From Patescibacteria group bacterium (GTDB lineage: Bacteria; Patescibacteriota; Minisyncoccia; Phycocordibacterales; DATDWN01), in assembly GCA_040384485.1 (NCBI GenBank), contig JAZKJH010000002.1:22235-86234 (forward strand): a DNA stretch of 64,000 nucleotides, written 5' to 3'. The notes below the pieces were generated by a model that saw only the letters and a list, made by a program, of their open reading frames with translations, did not search any database and had not been told where the DNA came from. Both the position numbers and the translations under genes were made by a program. Shown one piece after another: positions 17,828 through 28,016 of the stretch. The stretch's first letter is position 1. Every line of letters starts with the position of its first letter.

Positions 17828-20086
17828 TTAATACAGGACTAGCTCGGTTGACGTAGATATTATTTGTATATCAGTTGATGTTCCAGTTATAGGAGACGGT
17901 TCAGGTGTAAGTGTTGCGAGTGCCCACGCTTGGACTGGATATTCCCATAATGCAAACTGTGGGTCTCTCCACGGGTTCTGAGGTTCACCTTCTTGAGGAT
18001 TTTCCTTGTTTACCCAGTAAAGGATATCGTGAACTCCGAGTTCGGGGCTTGGGTTCCAGTTGCCTTTTAATACTTCAGGAATCTCAGCAAACTCAGCCAT
18101 AGGAGTTGGTTTTGTGAAAGGTTTAGAAGGGTAGTTTTTTTTCATTGCATAGTCCATAACCTCGTGCCATAAAGGCGCCGCACTAGCTTCTGCAATTCTT
18201 CGAAGCATCGGGCTGTTGTCGTTGTTTCCAGCCCAAACACCAATAGCTATGGAGCTGTTGTAGCCAATTATCCATGCATCTCTGAAGTCGTTGGTAGTTC
18301 CAGTTTTAGCCGCGACTTGTGCGTTAGGAAAGTACAAAGCAGAGTTCCATCCGAATTCCGGTGCTCTAGCAGGATTGTCCGACAAGATATCTGAAATAGT
18401 TCTAGCAATCTCTACATCCAAGACTTGTGTGCTTGATGTGGTATACGTTTCCAATATCTCACCTTTACTATTTTCAACAGAAAGTATTCCCGTTGTAGGA
18501 TTCTTTACACCGTCGTTGGCAAATACACCATAGGCTCCCGTGATATCTAGAAGTGTGACTTCACCTCCTCCCAATACCAGTGATAAACCAAAACGATTTC
18601 TTTGTCCCAAGGTGCTTATTCCCAAAGATTCAGCCATATCGATTGAATCATTTATTCCTGCCAAGTACAAAACTTTAACGGAAGCTATGTTTACTGACTG
18701 TGCCAATGCACTTCTCATGCTAATTGGCCCGTGGATCTTGTCTCCATAGTTGCTCGGTGAGTAACAGATGTCGGTAGTGACAAAGTTATTGGGTTCACAA
18801 GCAGTAGAAAATTGGGTTTTAAGGTCAAAAATTATAGTCTCAGGAGTGTATCCTTTTTTGAAAGCTGTAGCATAGGCAAAAGGCTTAAAAGAGGATCCCG
18901 GCTGTCTCTTTGCAACAGCAATATTTACCATGCCGTCTATTTTTTTATCAAAATATCCGCGTGATCCAACCATGGCTAGAATATGTCCAGTCTTCGGCTC
19001 AATAGCAACTAACCCAGCGTTAGATGCACGCAATCTTGTTTCGTTCTGTAGGGCTTTTTTTGTAAGTAGTTCCTCAGACTTTTTTTGTAGATCCCAATCT
19101 AGTGTTGTGATAACTTTTAATCCTCCTTTTTCTACCAGGTCGGCACCATATTTTTTGATTAGCTGGTCTTTAATATAGAACACAAAATGGGGAGCTTTGA
19201 TTCCTAAGTTGGTTCTGTCAGAAAACTCAACTTTTTCAGCTAGTGCAATGTTGTATTCCTCCTCTGTTATGTAACCCTCTTTTTGCATCTCTTTTAGGAT
19301 CATGTTTTTTCGGCTCTCAAGTAGATCTCTATTTTTACCATATGGAGAGTAAAAAGTTGGACCTTTTGGTAATGCAGCTAAGTATGCTGATTGTTCAATA
19401 GATAGGTCTTTTGCATTTACACCAAAGTAATACTGGCTAGCTTCTTCTACTCCATAAACAACTCCACCATATGGAGTTTCATTGAGGTAAGCTTCAAGTA
19501 TCTCGTCTTTAGTATATTTTTGTTCCAAGCGTATAGCCAGTATAACCTCCTTAAGTTTTCGACTTATTGTTTTTTCGTTTGAGAGTAGGGTGTTCTTAAC
19601 TAGCTGTTGAGTTATAGTGGAACCACCTTGCTCAAGTTCCCATGAACTCAAATCCTCTTTGAGGGCTCGGATTATAGCGGTTACGCTAAAACCGGAATGT
19701 TTATAAAAATCTTTGTCTTCTGTGGCAATGGTCGCTTTCAGCATATGAGGTGCAATTTCATTTAAATCCACCTGAGTTCTTCTAACCTCTCCGTGGATAT
19801 CATATAAAAGAATTTTACCAGTTCTGTCATATATCTTCGTCGATTCGGTGACTTGTCTGTTGTGGAAATTCTCAATGTGGGGTAGGGGTCTAAAGAAAGT
19901 CCAGACAACAAAAATAAAAAAAAGTGCAAAAAAGGAGTACAACACTTTTAAAACAACCTTCTTATCTGAGAGATTATATTTTTGGGCAACCAACTGCACC
20001 TTGTTTTCTGCCTGGTTAAATTTTACCAAAAACATTTTCCAGTACTTTTTTATTGAAACTTTTATTTTTTTCTTATCGATTATCAT
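17828..20086 (-). CDS. Class A penicillin-binding protein (glycosyltransferase plus transpeptidase), PBP1A-like
   Basis: GT51 motifs (EDKDFYKHSG, GGSTITQQLVKN) and transpeptidase SxxK, SxN and KTGT motifs. Confidence 0.85.
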   Translation of the reverse strand: MIIDKKKIKVSIKKYWKMFLVKFNQAENKVQLVAQKYNLSDKKVVLKVLYSFFALFFIFVVWTFFRPLPHIENFHNRQVTESTKIYDRTGKILLYDIHGEVRRTQVDLNEIAPHMLKATIATEDKDFYKHSGFSVTAIIRALKEDLSSWELEQGGSTITQQLVKNTLLSNEKTISRKLKEVILAIRLEQKYTKDEILEAYLNETPYGGVVYGVEEASQYYFGVNAKDLSIEQSAYLAALPKGPTFYSPYGKNRDLLESRKNMILKEMQKEGYITEEEYNIALAEKVEFSDRTNLGIKAPHFVFYIKDQLIKKYGADLVEKGGLKVITTLDWDLQKKSEELLTKKALQNETRLRASNAGLVAIEPKTGHILAMVGSRGYFDKKIDGMVNIAVAKRQPGSSFKPFAYATAFKKGYTPETIIFDLKTQFSTACEPNNFVTTDICYSPSNYGDKIHGPISMRSALAQSVNIASVKVLYLAGINDSIDMAESLGISTLGQRNRFGLSLVLGGGEVTLLDITGAYGVFANDGVKNPTTGILSVENSKGEILETYTTSSTQVLDVEIARTISDILSDNPARAPEFGWNSALYFPNAQVAAKTGTTNDFRDAWIIGYNSSIAIGVWAGNNDNSPMLRRIAEASAAPLWHEVMDYAMKKNYPSKPFTKPTPMAEFAEIPEVLKGNWNPSPELGVHDILYWVNKENPQEGEPQNPWRDPQFALWEYPVQAWALATLTPEPSPITGTSTDIQIISTSTELVLY

Positions 20087-20433
20087 AGCTAAGGAGTTTA
20101 GATTTTAATATATTCTTAATATCCTACATTTTAAAAAAATAAAGTCAATTTTTTGGTGTATAAGGTGGGGATATTTGTCGTATATTTTGACGCTCGCGGT
20201 GTCAATATATTACTACTCTAAATTATTATTTACATTAAAACTAGATTAAAGTCGTTTTATGTGTTGTAAAGGTTTTTTGGAGTTGATTTTTATCAATATT
20301 AAGTTTATATTAAATAGAGTACTGGAATACAAACTCTCGCTTTTCGTAAGAAAGGCACTTAGAGGGCGTCTTCTAAGTTACATGAGTTACTTACTTAACT
20401 CATAAATATTTATTAGTAAATTAATTTTTAATC

Positions 20434-21132
20434 ATGAAAAATATAAAAATGTTCCAAAGTAATATAGTTCGCTCAATATTCGGAGCGGGAATGGTATTAA
20501 GTTTTGTTTTTGGAATAATGCTTCCATTAAGTGCATCTGCTGCTCCACTATATAGACAGCTGCAGCTTGGAATGCGAGGCGGAGACGTTTCTGATTTGCA
20601 AGTATTTCTTGCAACAAATCCAAGTATCTATCCTTCAGGATTGGTAACTGGTTATTTCGGTTCACTTACTCAGTCTGCTGTCCAAAGATTTCAGGCCGCA
20701 AATGGTATTGTGAGTTCAGGTACACCTAGCACAACTGGTTACGGACGCGTAGGTCCAACTACTATGGCCACAATAAACGCGCAAATGGGAGGTGGAGTTA
20801 CAACTGGTGTAGATAGAATGTCTCCAATTATCGGCGCAGTTACAGTGAGTGCTGGTAACAGCTCAAGTGTTATCAACTGGAACACAAGTGAGAATGCATC
20901 AGCAATAATTTATTACAGTACTTCACCACTATTTATGATGGAGGGAAGTGCAACTACTGGGGTAACTATCTCAGGAGCGAGTAACTTAGTTCACAGTGAT
21001 TTGAAAGCATCTCACTCTGCTAATCTTACTGGTCTACAAGCAAATACAACATATCACTATGTAGTATACGTAAGAGATGTAAATGGTAACGAAAGTATCA
21101 CATGGCCATCAACTTTCCGAACAACTAACTAG
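20434..21132 (+). CDS. Secreted protein with a signal peptide, a peptidoglycan-binding (PG_binding_1-like) domain and a C-terminal FN3-like domain
   Basis: GDVSDLQVFLATNP...GYFGSLTQSAVQRFQAANGI, then ...NTTYHYVVYVRDVNGNES... Confidence 0.5.
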   Translation: MKNIKMFQSNIVRSIFGAGMVLSFVFGIMLPLSASAAPLYRQLQLGMRGGDVSDLQVFLATNPSIYPSGLVTGYFGSLTQSAVQRFQAANGIVSSGTPSTTGYGRVGPTTMATINAQMGGGVTTGVDRMSPIIGAVTVSAGNSSSVINWNTSENASAIIYYSTSPLFMMEGSATTGVTISGASNLVHSDLKASHSANLTGLQANTTYHYVVYVRDVNGNESITWPSTFRTTN

Positions 21133-21152
21133 ATGTTAGGTAGGTAACTAGA

Positions 21153-21180
21153 AAAACCACTACTTTAAGTGGTTTTTCTT
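21153..21180 (+). terminator. Intrinsic terminator aaccact-actttaa-agtggtt followed by a T-run
   Basis: Hairpin followed by TTTTTC. Confidence 0.55.
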
Positions 21181-21228
21181 TAGAAGATCTTGGGTTTAAA
21201 GATAAAATTATTTAATTAAAAAAAATTT

Positions 21229-22317
21229 ATGAGCACAAAACTTGTAGTAGGCTTGGTTATCGGAATCGCGGTGCTTCTCATGGGTTTTCTTTACTTCACC
21301 TCAGATTCATATGATAACGAAGTAGAGAACAACGTAGCTACCACAACCCCAGTAGATAATACTCCTGTGACAGGACAACCTTCTGTCCCAGTGGTGGTAA
21401 CTAGTGCATCCGTGTCAGCATCTGATAATGCAGTGATGGTTAACGGTACAGTTAATCCAAGAGGAGCCTTTACTACTTATTGGTATGAATATGGATTTAC
21501 AACAGCCTTGGGTTCTAAAACAAATAACCAAACAATTGGATCGGGATTTTCGTCCATTCAGGCTCCGATATAGATATCCAATGTTAAAAAAATTACCAGC
21601 TACTATTATAGACTCGTAGCGGAAAATGAGAACGGTCGGGTTTATGGTAGTCAGTATTCATTTAGAACCACTGACGGCGGGACGGCTCCAGTAGGCAGTA
21701 TTCCAACTCTTCGAACACTTTCCGCAAACAACATAACTCAAACAGGAGTTAAGATGAATGGAGAGGTTACACCTAACAGAGTGACAACTCAGTATTGGTT
21801 TGAGTACGGTAAAACTACATCTCTAGGAAATATTTCAGCATTTTCTTCTGCTGGGGATGGGACAGCTAGAGTTCCAGTTTCTGTTTCATTGGCTAACTTG
21901 GAGAGTGGCACTACGTACTATTTTAGATTGAATGCCCAAAATCAGTACGGAACTGTAAATGGTACTATCTTGAACTTTAAAACTGATGGACCTGCTCCAA
22001 GTACTACTCAATCCGCACCATCTGTAGTTACCAAGAACGCTACGGCTGTCACAGGAAGTACAGCAAAGCTCAACGCTACTGTTAGCCCAAACAACCTCTC
22101 TACTATATATTGGTTTGAATACAGTACAGACTCATTGCTAGGTGCATTGGTCGTTAAAACTACCAACCAAGTAACATTAGCTGAAATGCGTGACCCATCC
22201 AATGTATGGGCCGATGTAAGCAGCTTAGCCGGAAACACAACTTATTATTTCCGTGTAGTTGCAGAAAATAGTCGGGGAGTTGTTCGGGGGGAAAAATTAA
22301 CATTTAAAACAAACTAA
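21229..22317 (+). pseudogene. Secreted/membrane-anchored protein with three FN3-like repeats (YWFEYG...TTYYFR), interrupted by a single in-frame TAG at 21571-21573. The frame is otherwise open across 21229..22317.
   Basis: ORFs 21229..21573 and 21754..22317 are in the same frame. Translation through the stop continues the repeat (...APIxISNVKKITSYYYRLVAENENG...). Confidence 0.5.
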
Positions 22318-22321
22318 ACAT

Positions 22322-22471
22322 ATGTTATCAACAATAGCAATTATTCTTGTAGTGCTTTGGTTACTAGGAATAGTAACATCGTACACTATAGGAGGATTTA
22401 TTCACGTATTACTTGTGGTCGCCATCATAATGGTACTACTCAGATTCATACGAGGAGAAAGAGTTTTATAG
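22322..22471 (+). CDS. lmo0937-family 49-aa small membrane protein
   Basis: MLSTIAIILVVLWLLGIVTSYTIGGFIHVLLVVAIIMVLLRFIRGERVL matches the family pattern. Confidence 0.45.
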   Translation: MLSTIAIILVVLWLLGIVTSYTIGGFIHVLLVVAIIMVLLRFIRGERVL

Positions 22472-22488
22472 GTAACAGATTATAATAA

Positions 22489-22518
22489 AAACACCGGCTA
22501 AATAGTCGGTGTTTTTAT
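22489..22518. terminator. Bidirectional terminator acaccg-gctaaatagt-cggtgt flanked by A5/T5
   Basis: Hairpin between convergent genes. Confidence 0.6.
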
Positions 22519-23381
22519 TATAATCTTTCCAAAATACTTTTTAGAATAGGTGTCTCCGGCTCTTCCAAGGAAGTATCGTCGGGAGAATCCTGCGTCTGCT
22601 GGTTTTTGTCATTAGTTTGGAGTGTTGTGTTTACTTCGGCATTTTTTTCAGTTGAGGTGCTCGTTTCTGTTACTATCCGAGATTCCATCATTAGTGTGGC
22701 ACTAGCCGGTTCAATTTTAGCGTCTTCTTCAGGGGTTTTTTTGTTCGAAGTATATTCTTTGTTATTTTTGTTACGTTTGTTGTCGTAATAATCAGCATTG
22801 TTTTCTTCAGTCTTTTTTTCTAAGATTTTATCAACTACGCCTTTGTACTTTGTTAGAGAACTTTCTATATTGATTTTTATCTTGTTTGCATTTTTTCTGT
22901 TACCTTGAGAGTTAAGTGTATTTATGTGCTCCACGGCATTTTTTATATCTGATTTAAAACCTGACTCTATATCCGCTTTCCTAGTACCGTCGAGTTTGTT
23001 AGCAGTTTGTAGTGTCTCTGCTTCCATAAGTCGGTTGTCGATATGTTTTATCTCTACTAAAGCTTTGGTTTCAGTATCAAAAGACATAAAAGATTCTAGC
23101 TTTTCATTCACATTTATCTTGACTGGGTACAGCAAATCTCCAGGAAGTGCGTATTGAGCAACAGAAGATGTTCCGCCGGTTACTGAGACAATAAGAACCA
23201 GCATCGCCATAGACCCCAAGAGCATTCTATGGGTAGCAAAAAAGGTATGGTAGAAAGGGGATGGTGTGGCTGCTTCCTTAACAGGATGTTGAGCCATGAA
23301 TGACTTGATAGAATTAAGTCCCGCAAGCTTTTCATCTTGGGTCATCTTCTCTTCTTTTATTTTTTTAAAAAAGTCTTTCAT
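22518..23381 (-). CDS. Putative anti-sigma factor (single-TM, low-complexity extracytoplasmic tail) co-transcribed downstream of the ECF sigma gene
   Basis: Its start overlaps the sigma gene's stop. The N-terminal cytoplasmic segment, one TM helix and the K/N/T-rich tail fit an anti-sigma arrangement. Confidence 0.45.
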   Translation of the reverse strand: MKDFFKKIKEEKMTQDEKLAGLNSIKSFMAQHPVKEAATPSPFYHTFFATHRMLLGSMAMLVLIVSVTGGTSSVAQYALPGDLLYPVKINVNEKLESFMSFDTETKALVEIKHIDNRLMEAETLQTANKLDGTRKADIESGFKSDIKNAVEHINTLNSQGNRKNANKIKINIESSLTKYKGVVDKILEKKTEENNADYYDNKRNKNNKEYTSNKKTPEEDAKIEPASATLMMESRIVTETSTSTEKNAEVNTTLQTNDKNQQTQDSPDDTSLEEPETPILKSILERL

Positions 23382-23385
23382 GTGT

Positions 23386-23919
23386 TTATTTGCTATTATT
23401 TTTGGATTCTAACAATTCCTTTAGTTTTTTTATGCCTCGATTGAGTCTTACCGAAATTACGTTGGGTGTTTCTCCAATTACTTCCGATATTTCTGTGACC
23501 GATAGTTCTTCGGCATACTTCATAAGTAGAACTGTAGAGTAAATTTGCGGGAGCTCTTGGATTACTTTCATGATCTCTTTTCCATCCAAATGGTTGGAGA
23601 GCACTTCCAATTCATTTATATCCAAACTTGGTTCAAAACCTTCTTCGTTTAGCCCATCCAAAGAGGAGGTTAGATGGTCCTTTCTTCCTCTTTTTCTGTA
23701 CTCGTCAATAACCAAGTGACCAGCTACTGTATATAAAAATGCCTTGGTGTTATCTATTGCTTGGTTTTTAGACATGTGGAGCCAGGTTTTCATAAAGGTC
23801 TCCTGAACCAGGTCCAGAGTCCTTTCTCGGTCATTTAGTTTAAAGAATATGAACCTGAATATTGCATCAGAATGCTGTTCATAGGCTATAAGAAAGGATT
23901 TTTCGAGATCTTGGTTCAT
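23386..23919 (-). CDS. ECF-type RNA polymerase sigma-70 factor
   Basis: Sigma-70 region 2 (...LVQETFMKTWLH...) and region 4 (LSVTEISEVIGETPNVISVRLNRGIKKL). Confidence 0.8.
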   Translation of the reverse strand: MNQDLEKSFLIAYEQHSDAIFRFIFFKLNDRERTLDLVQETFMKTWLHMSKNQAIDNTKAFLYTVAGHLVIDEYRKRGRKDHLTSSLDGLNEEGFEPSLDINELEVLSNHLDGKEIMKVIQELPQIYSTVLLMKYAEELSVTEISEVIGETPNVISVRLNRGIKKLKELLESKNNSK

Positions 23920-24115
23920 GTTTTTAGACGAAATAGCCCTCTATTTCTTACGGCAAGAGCATTTTTTCACTTACATATTATAGCCTATTTTTGGAAAAAT
24001 AAAGCATTCTGGAAGCATGTTGTGTAATTTTATAAGCTGTAAGATGGCTAGCTTGCTGGCGTCAGTATAAACATGTCGATATTTAATAGTTAATTAATAT
24101 TGATATAACAAAAAT

Positions 24116-25027
24116 ATGAACAAAAAAAACAGCATTATAATCGGAGCGTTAGCTTTGGCAATTCTGGGAGTATCACCAAGCCAGACTAATGCTTTGAACC
24201 TAAACTTAAGTAATGAATCAGAAGTTAGAATTAACGATAAAATCGAATCTTACTTGGAATTAAAAGCAGATGCCAAGGAAGACGTTAGAAAGGATGGAGA
24301 AAGAATTAATAACGATAATGCCCGTGCCTCAGTTACTTTAGAGTCAAAAGCTAAGGTTGAGGACAAGAAGGAGATAAGGCAGGAAAATAGATTCGCTAAT
24401 TGGTTGAAGCAATTTATCAAGAAAGAAAACAAGGTCAATCAATTGAGAATTAATGGTGGCCATCTAGTGTCTGCAACATCAACAGCGAGTATTTCATGGA
24501 AGACCAATGTACAAGCTGAAGGATATGTTATGTTCAGCGAGGATAGAAATATAGCTACCTCAAGTACTAAAATTGTGAGTAGTACAGGACTAAGTACAGA
24601 ACACAAGGTTACACTAAGCGGTCTAAAACCTGGTACAGTTTATTACTATGCAATAGGTTCTAAGGATGCATCTGGTAAAGTTTTAGAAGAAAAGATAAAA
24701 AGCTTCAAAACTAAGAAAGAAGCAGTAGTAGAAAATGCCGCGTTGAAAGTATTGTTTGCGAACGAATTTAACATCGAAGCAACAAAAGCAAATGTTATCT
24801 GGATAACAAACAAGCCAACAAACTCTAAAATTTGGGTTAGTGCTACGAGTACAGTAGATACTACCGGTACACCTACACTAAGTTTTACAGAGATGTCGTA
24901 CTTTCATAACCTTAGTCTAGCTAACCTTGCTACTAGTACCACATACTACTATGTAGCTGGGGGAGTGGATGCTGAAGGTAACACGATTCTGAGTACAAAA
25001 GGATCATTTACTACAGAAGCGAGATAA
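24116..25027 (+). CDS. Secreted protein with two FN3-like repeats
   Basis: Signal peptide, then ...LKPGTVYYYAIGSKDASG... and ...TSTTYYYVAGGVDAEGN... Confidence 0.45.
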   Translation: MNKKNSIIIGALALAILGVSPSQTNALNLNLSNESEVRINDKIESYLELKADAKEDVRKDGERINNDNARASVTLESKAKVEDKKEIRQENRFANWLKQFIKKENKVNQLRINGGHLVSATSTASISWKTNVQAEGYVMFSEDRNIATSSTKIVSSTGLSTEHKVTLSGLKPGTVYYYAIGSKDASGKVLEEKIKSFKTKKEAVVENAALKVLFANEFNIEATKANVIWITNKPTNSKIWVSATSTVDTTGTPTLSFTEMSYFHNLSLANLATSTTYYYVAGGVDAEGNTILSTKGSFTTEAR

Positions 25028-25046
25028 ATAAAATCTAATAACAAAC

Positions 25047-25073
25047 AAAGCCCCGAAAGGGGTTTTGTTTTAT
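25047..25073 (+). terminator. Intrinsic terminator agcccc-gaaa-ggggtt followed by a T-tract
   Basis: GNRA-loop hairpin followed by TTTGTTTT. Confidence 0.55.
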
Positions 25074-25097
25074 GAATTCCAAAAAGTATTATGTTAA

Positions 25098-25122
25098 AAC
25101 CCGTCCTTGGACGGGTTCTAAG
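25098..25122 (-). terminator. Hairpin aacccgtcc-ttgg-acgggtt serving the minus-strand gene 25125..25328
   Basis: 8-bp stem preceded by an A/T-rich stretch. Confidence 0.45.
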
Positions 25123-25124
25123 AA

Positions 25125-25328
25125 CTAGTTTCTCACATCTTTTATTTGAACTCGTACATGAGATTTAAAATTCTCTGTACCAAGTAATTCCTTCGAAACA
25201 TTGGCTTGAATTTTGTTTATCGCCTCGACTTTACTGGAAGCTGGGACGTTGGTTGTTCCCGAGGTTTGTCTTGGTTTGATCGTGGGATGTTTAAATCTCC
25301 ACTGACCCTCCCATGTACGTTGCTGCAT
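25125..25328 (-). CDS. DUF2188-like small protein
   Basis: W..W.FK...G....F..K.EAI..A pattern. Confidence 0.4.
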   Translation of the reverse strand: MQQRTWEGQWRFKHPTIKPRQTSGTTNVPASSKVEAINKIQANVSKELLGTENFKSHVRVQIKDVRN

Positions 25329-25413
25329 ATACTACTCCTACTTACAAAATATTCAATTCCGCTGACTTTGTCAATGATGGTGTTACTTGGACACTTTATG
25401 CTATACTGATTGT

Positions 25414-27126
25414 ATGAAAATACTTGCTGCACAAATAAATATGGTTGTCGGTGATTTGGATGGTAATACTAAAAAAATTAGCGATATCGTGGATCAGTAC
25501 AAAAATGTGACGGATGTTCTTGTTTTTCCCGAGCTGTCTATAACAGGGTACCCACCGCTAGACCTCATCGAACAGTCAGGATTCTTCGAGGAACAGTATT
25601 CATGTTTAGAAAAAATTGCAGACTTAACTCAGGACAGTAACATAACGGTTATACTAGGTTATTTTGATAAACACGAAGGGAACGGTAAGCCGTTCCATAA
25701 CGGACTGGCAGTTTTGTCGAACGGAATTATTTCCCACAAATATTTTAAACGTTTGTTACCTACCTACAACATATTCGATGAAAGTAGACATTTTGAAGCA
25801 GGTAAAGATATTAAGGTTATAGAGATCCAAGGAATAAAAGTCGGGCTACTTATTTGTGAAGATATGTGGAACGACAAAGCTATTACAAATAATTTTATTT
25901 ATCCAATAAACCCTATAGAAGAAACTGTGAAAGCCGGTGCAGAAATATTAATAAGCATCAACGCTTCACCCTCTCAGGTAGGTAAACCGAGGTATCGTTT
26001 GGAGAAATTCGCTAAAATTACAAAAAACTATGGGGTGCCGCTGGTTTATGTAAACCAAGTTGGTGGCAATGATGATATTGTGTTTGACGGTACCAGCTTC
26101 GTAGCGGATGGAACGGGCTCCTTGGTTTCTGTGCTAAAGAGTTTTGAAGAGGATCAAGCTATTTTTGATATTATCAAAAATGACGAAAAAATATCTATAC
26201 AGGTCGTTAAAGGGGATGCGGTTTCAAGCACCTTACCAAAAACCTCTTCGGAGTTTTATTTCAAACAAATCGTTTTAGGGATAAGAGAATACATAAAAAA
26301 ATGTGGCTTTAAAAAGGTAGTAATTGCGTCGAGTGGTGGTGTGGATTCAGCTTTGGTGCTAGCGCTGGCAGTAGAGGCAGTGGGGGGAGAAAATGTTGTG
26401 GCTATCACTATGCCGTCTGCTGTCAGTTCTACCGGAAGTGTTACTGACTCTGAAAGGTTGTGTCAAAATTTGGGTGTAAAACTTTATAATTACGCTATCA
26501 AATCTCACGTGGATCTATTTATGGATGATTTTGCAAAATATATAAAGAAATCAGAAAAAAGTCTTACAGTAGAAAATATGCAAGCTCGTTTTCGAGGTAT
26601 GGTACTTATGGCATTTTCTAATGAATACCCTGAGTACTTACCTTTGACCACTGGAAATAAAAGTGAGTCAGCAGTGGGATACTGTACGTTGTATGGAGAT
26701 ATGAATGGTGGGCTAGCTCCAATTTCTGATTTGTATAAAACAGAGGTGTGGGATTTATGTCGGTATATCAATGATTTTCATGGTAAGGAAATAATTCCTA
26801 CTACTATTATTGATAAAGCTCCTTCTGCAGAATTGTACGATGGTCAAAAAGATACTGATTCGCTCCCACCTTATCCAGTACTCGATTCTATTCTTATTCC
26901 TTATATTGAAGGGAGGGCGATTGACCCTCAAGTACTAGAGCAGTGTAAAAAAATAGTTACTGAATCTGGTTTTACCGACTTTGCAAAAATTCATCGCATG
27001 GTTGATAGGGCAGAGTTCAAAAGGAGACAGGCTGCACCTACGATCCGTGTTCACGAGAAAGCTTGGGGTGCGGGTAGGAGATTTCCGATTGCTCAGAACC
27101 ATAAACCTTTCAATAATTTGATTTAG
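25414..27126 (+). CDS. nadE: Glutamine-dependent NAD+ synthetase (N-terminal nitrilase/CN-hydrolase domain plus C-terminal NAD synthetase)
   Basis: PP-loop VVIASSGGVDSALV. N-terminal CN-hydrolase with FPEL...E, K and C (LICED) elements. Confidence 0.85.
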   Translation: MKILAAQINMVVGDLDGNTKKISDIVDQYKNVTDVLVFPELSITGYPPLDLIEQSGFFEEQYSCLEKIADLTQDSNITVILGYFDKHEGNGKPFHNGLAVLSNGIISHKYFKRLLPTYNIFDESRHFEAGKDIKVIEIQGIKVGLLICEDMWNDKAITNNFIYPINPIEETVKAGAEILISINASPSQVGKPRYRLEKFAKITKNYGVPLVYVNQVGGNDDIVFDGTSFVADGTGSLVSVLKSFEEDQAIFDIIKNDEKISIQVVKGDAVSSTLPKTSSEFYFKQIVLGIREYIKKCGFKKVVIASSGGVDSALVLALAVEAVGGENVVAITMPSAVSSTGSVTDSERLCQNLGVKLYNYAIKSHVDLFMDDFAKYIKKSEKSLTVENMQARFRGMVLMAFSNEYPEYLPLTTGNKSESAVGYCTLYGDMNGGLAPISDLYKTEVWDLCRYINDFHGKEIIPTTIIDKAPSAELYDGQKDTDSLPPYPVLDSILIPYIEGRAIDPQVLEQCKKIVTESGFTDFAKIHRMVDRAEFKRRQAAPTIRVHEKAWGAGRRFPIAQNHKPFNNLI

Positions 27127-27132
27127 TGTTAA

Positions 27133-27172
27133 CAAAAAAAACTCCCTCTATGTTTATAGAGGGAGTTTTTTG
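27133..27172. terminator. Bidirectional terminator A8-actccctctat-gttt-atagagggagt-T6
   Basis: Perfect 11-bp stem. Confidence 0.7.
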
Positions 27173-27180
27173 TATTTCAC

Positions 27181-27429
27181 TTATTTTCTAACCGCCTTCA
27201 CTATTGCTATTAACACTATTGCACCTATTAGAGCGACAATAAAGCTGTAAACATTGAAGCCAGTTGTGCCTGATTCTCCGAGCATGTTCATAATCCATCC
27301 TCCAAGTACGGCACCTATAATACCAACTATTATATTCATTAAGGCACCTTGTTGTGCATCAGTTTTCATAATAAGTGATGCAATCCAACCAACCAGTGCT
27401 CCAAATATAATCCATAATATGAATCCCAT
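27181..27429 (-). CDS. GlsB/YeaQ/YmgE-family (transglycosylase-associated) small membrane protein
   Basis: [21 protein letters not shown]... family pattern. Confidence 0.65.
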   Translation of the reverse strand: MGFILWIIFGALVGWIASLIMKTDAQQGALMNIIVGIIGAVLGGWIMNMLGESGTTGFNVYSFIVALIGAIVLIAIVKAVRK

Positions 27430-27465
27430 ATTTTTATATATTATTTAGTAAATTAATTTTAAGTT

Positions 27466-27981
27466 CTATTTCTGATACTGTCTTACTTCCTCCGCACCAT
27501 TTTCCATGAAGATATCCATTGCGCTTGCATCATCAGCTCTACTCACAACCAAGACTCCTCCTCTTCGAACATGGTTTTCATACAGCTTGGCATCCTCGTC
27601 AGAGACTCCTAGCTGGCTCAGTCCTCCAATAAGACCACCTGCAGCGGCTCCTGTAGCTGCTCCAGCGACTGTAGTGGCTGCAGCTCCAGATAGACCTAGT
27701 GCTGTTGCCAAAGGCCCAGCTACGAACAGTGTACCCAACCCAGGCAGAATACCATTGGCTACAACTAAGCCAGCTATCGTTCCTAACACTGCGCCTGTGG
27801 TTGCACCAGCTACTGCTCCACCACCTACTTTTTCTCCAGTTTGGCTATCCTTCACATCACCTTCATGGTCTTTATAAACACATGAAATATCTTTATCAGA
27901 GATATTAATATCTCTTAATTGGTTGATTACTTCTTCAGCTTTCGCTTTGTTAGGAAATACTCCACTAGTTATTGTTGTCAT
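27466..27981 (-). CDS. DUF1269-like general stress protein with a Gly/Ala-rich membrane segment
   Basis: Charged N- and C-terminal domains flank a G/A-rich hydrophobic core. Confidence 0.45.
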   Translation of the reverse strand: MTTITSGVFPNKAKAEEVINQLRDINISDKDISCVYKDHEGDVKDSQTGEKVGGGAVAGATTGAVLGTIAGLVVANGILPGLGTLFVAGPLATALGLSGAAATTVAGAATGAAAGGLIGGLSQLGVSDEDAKLYENHVRRGGVLVVSRADDASAMDIFMENGAEEVRQYQK

Positions 27982-28016
27982 ATTTTATTTATTTAGAATT
28001 AGATATTTTTTTGTAT

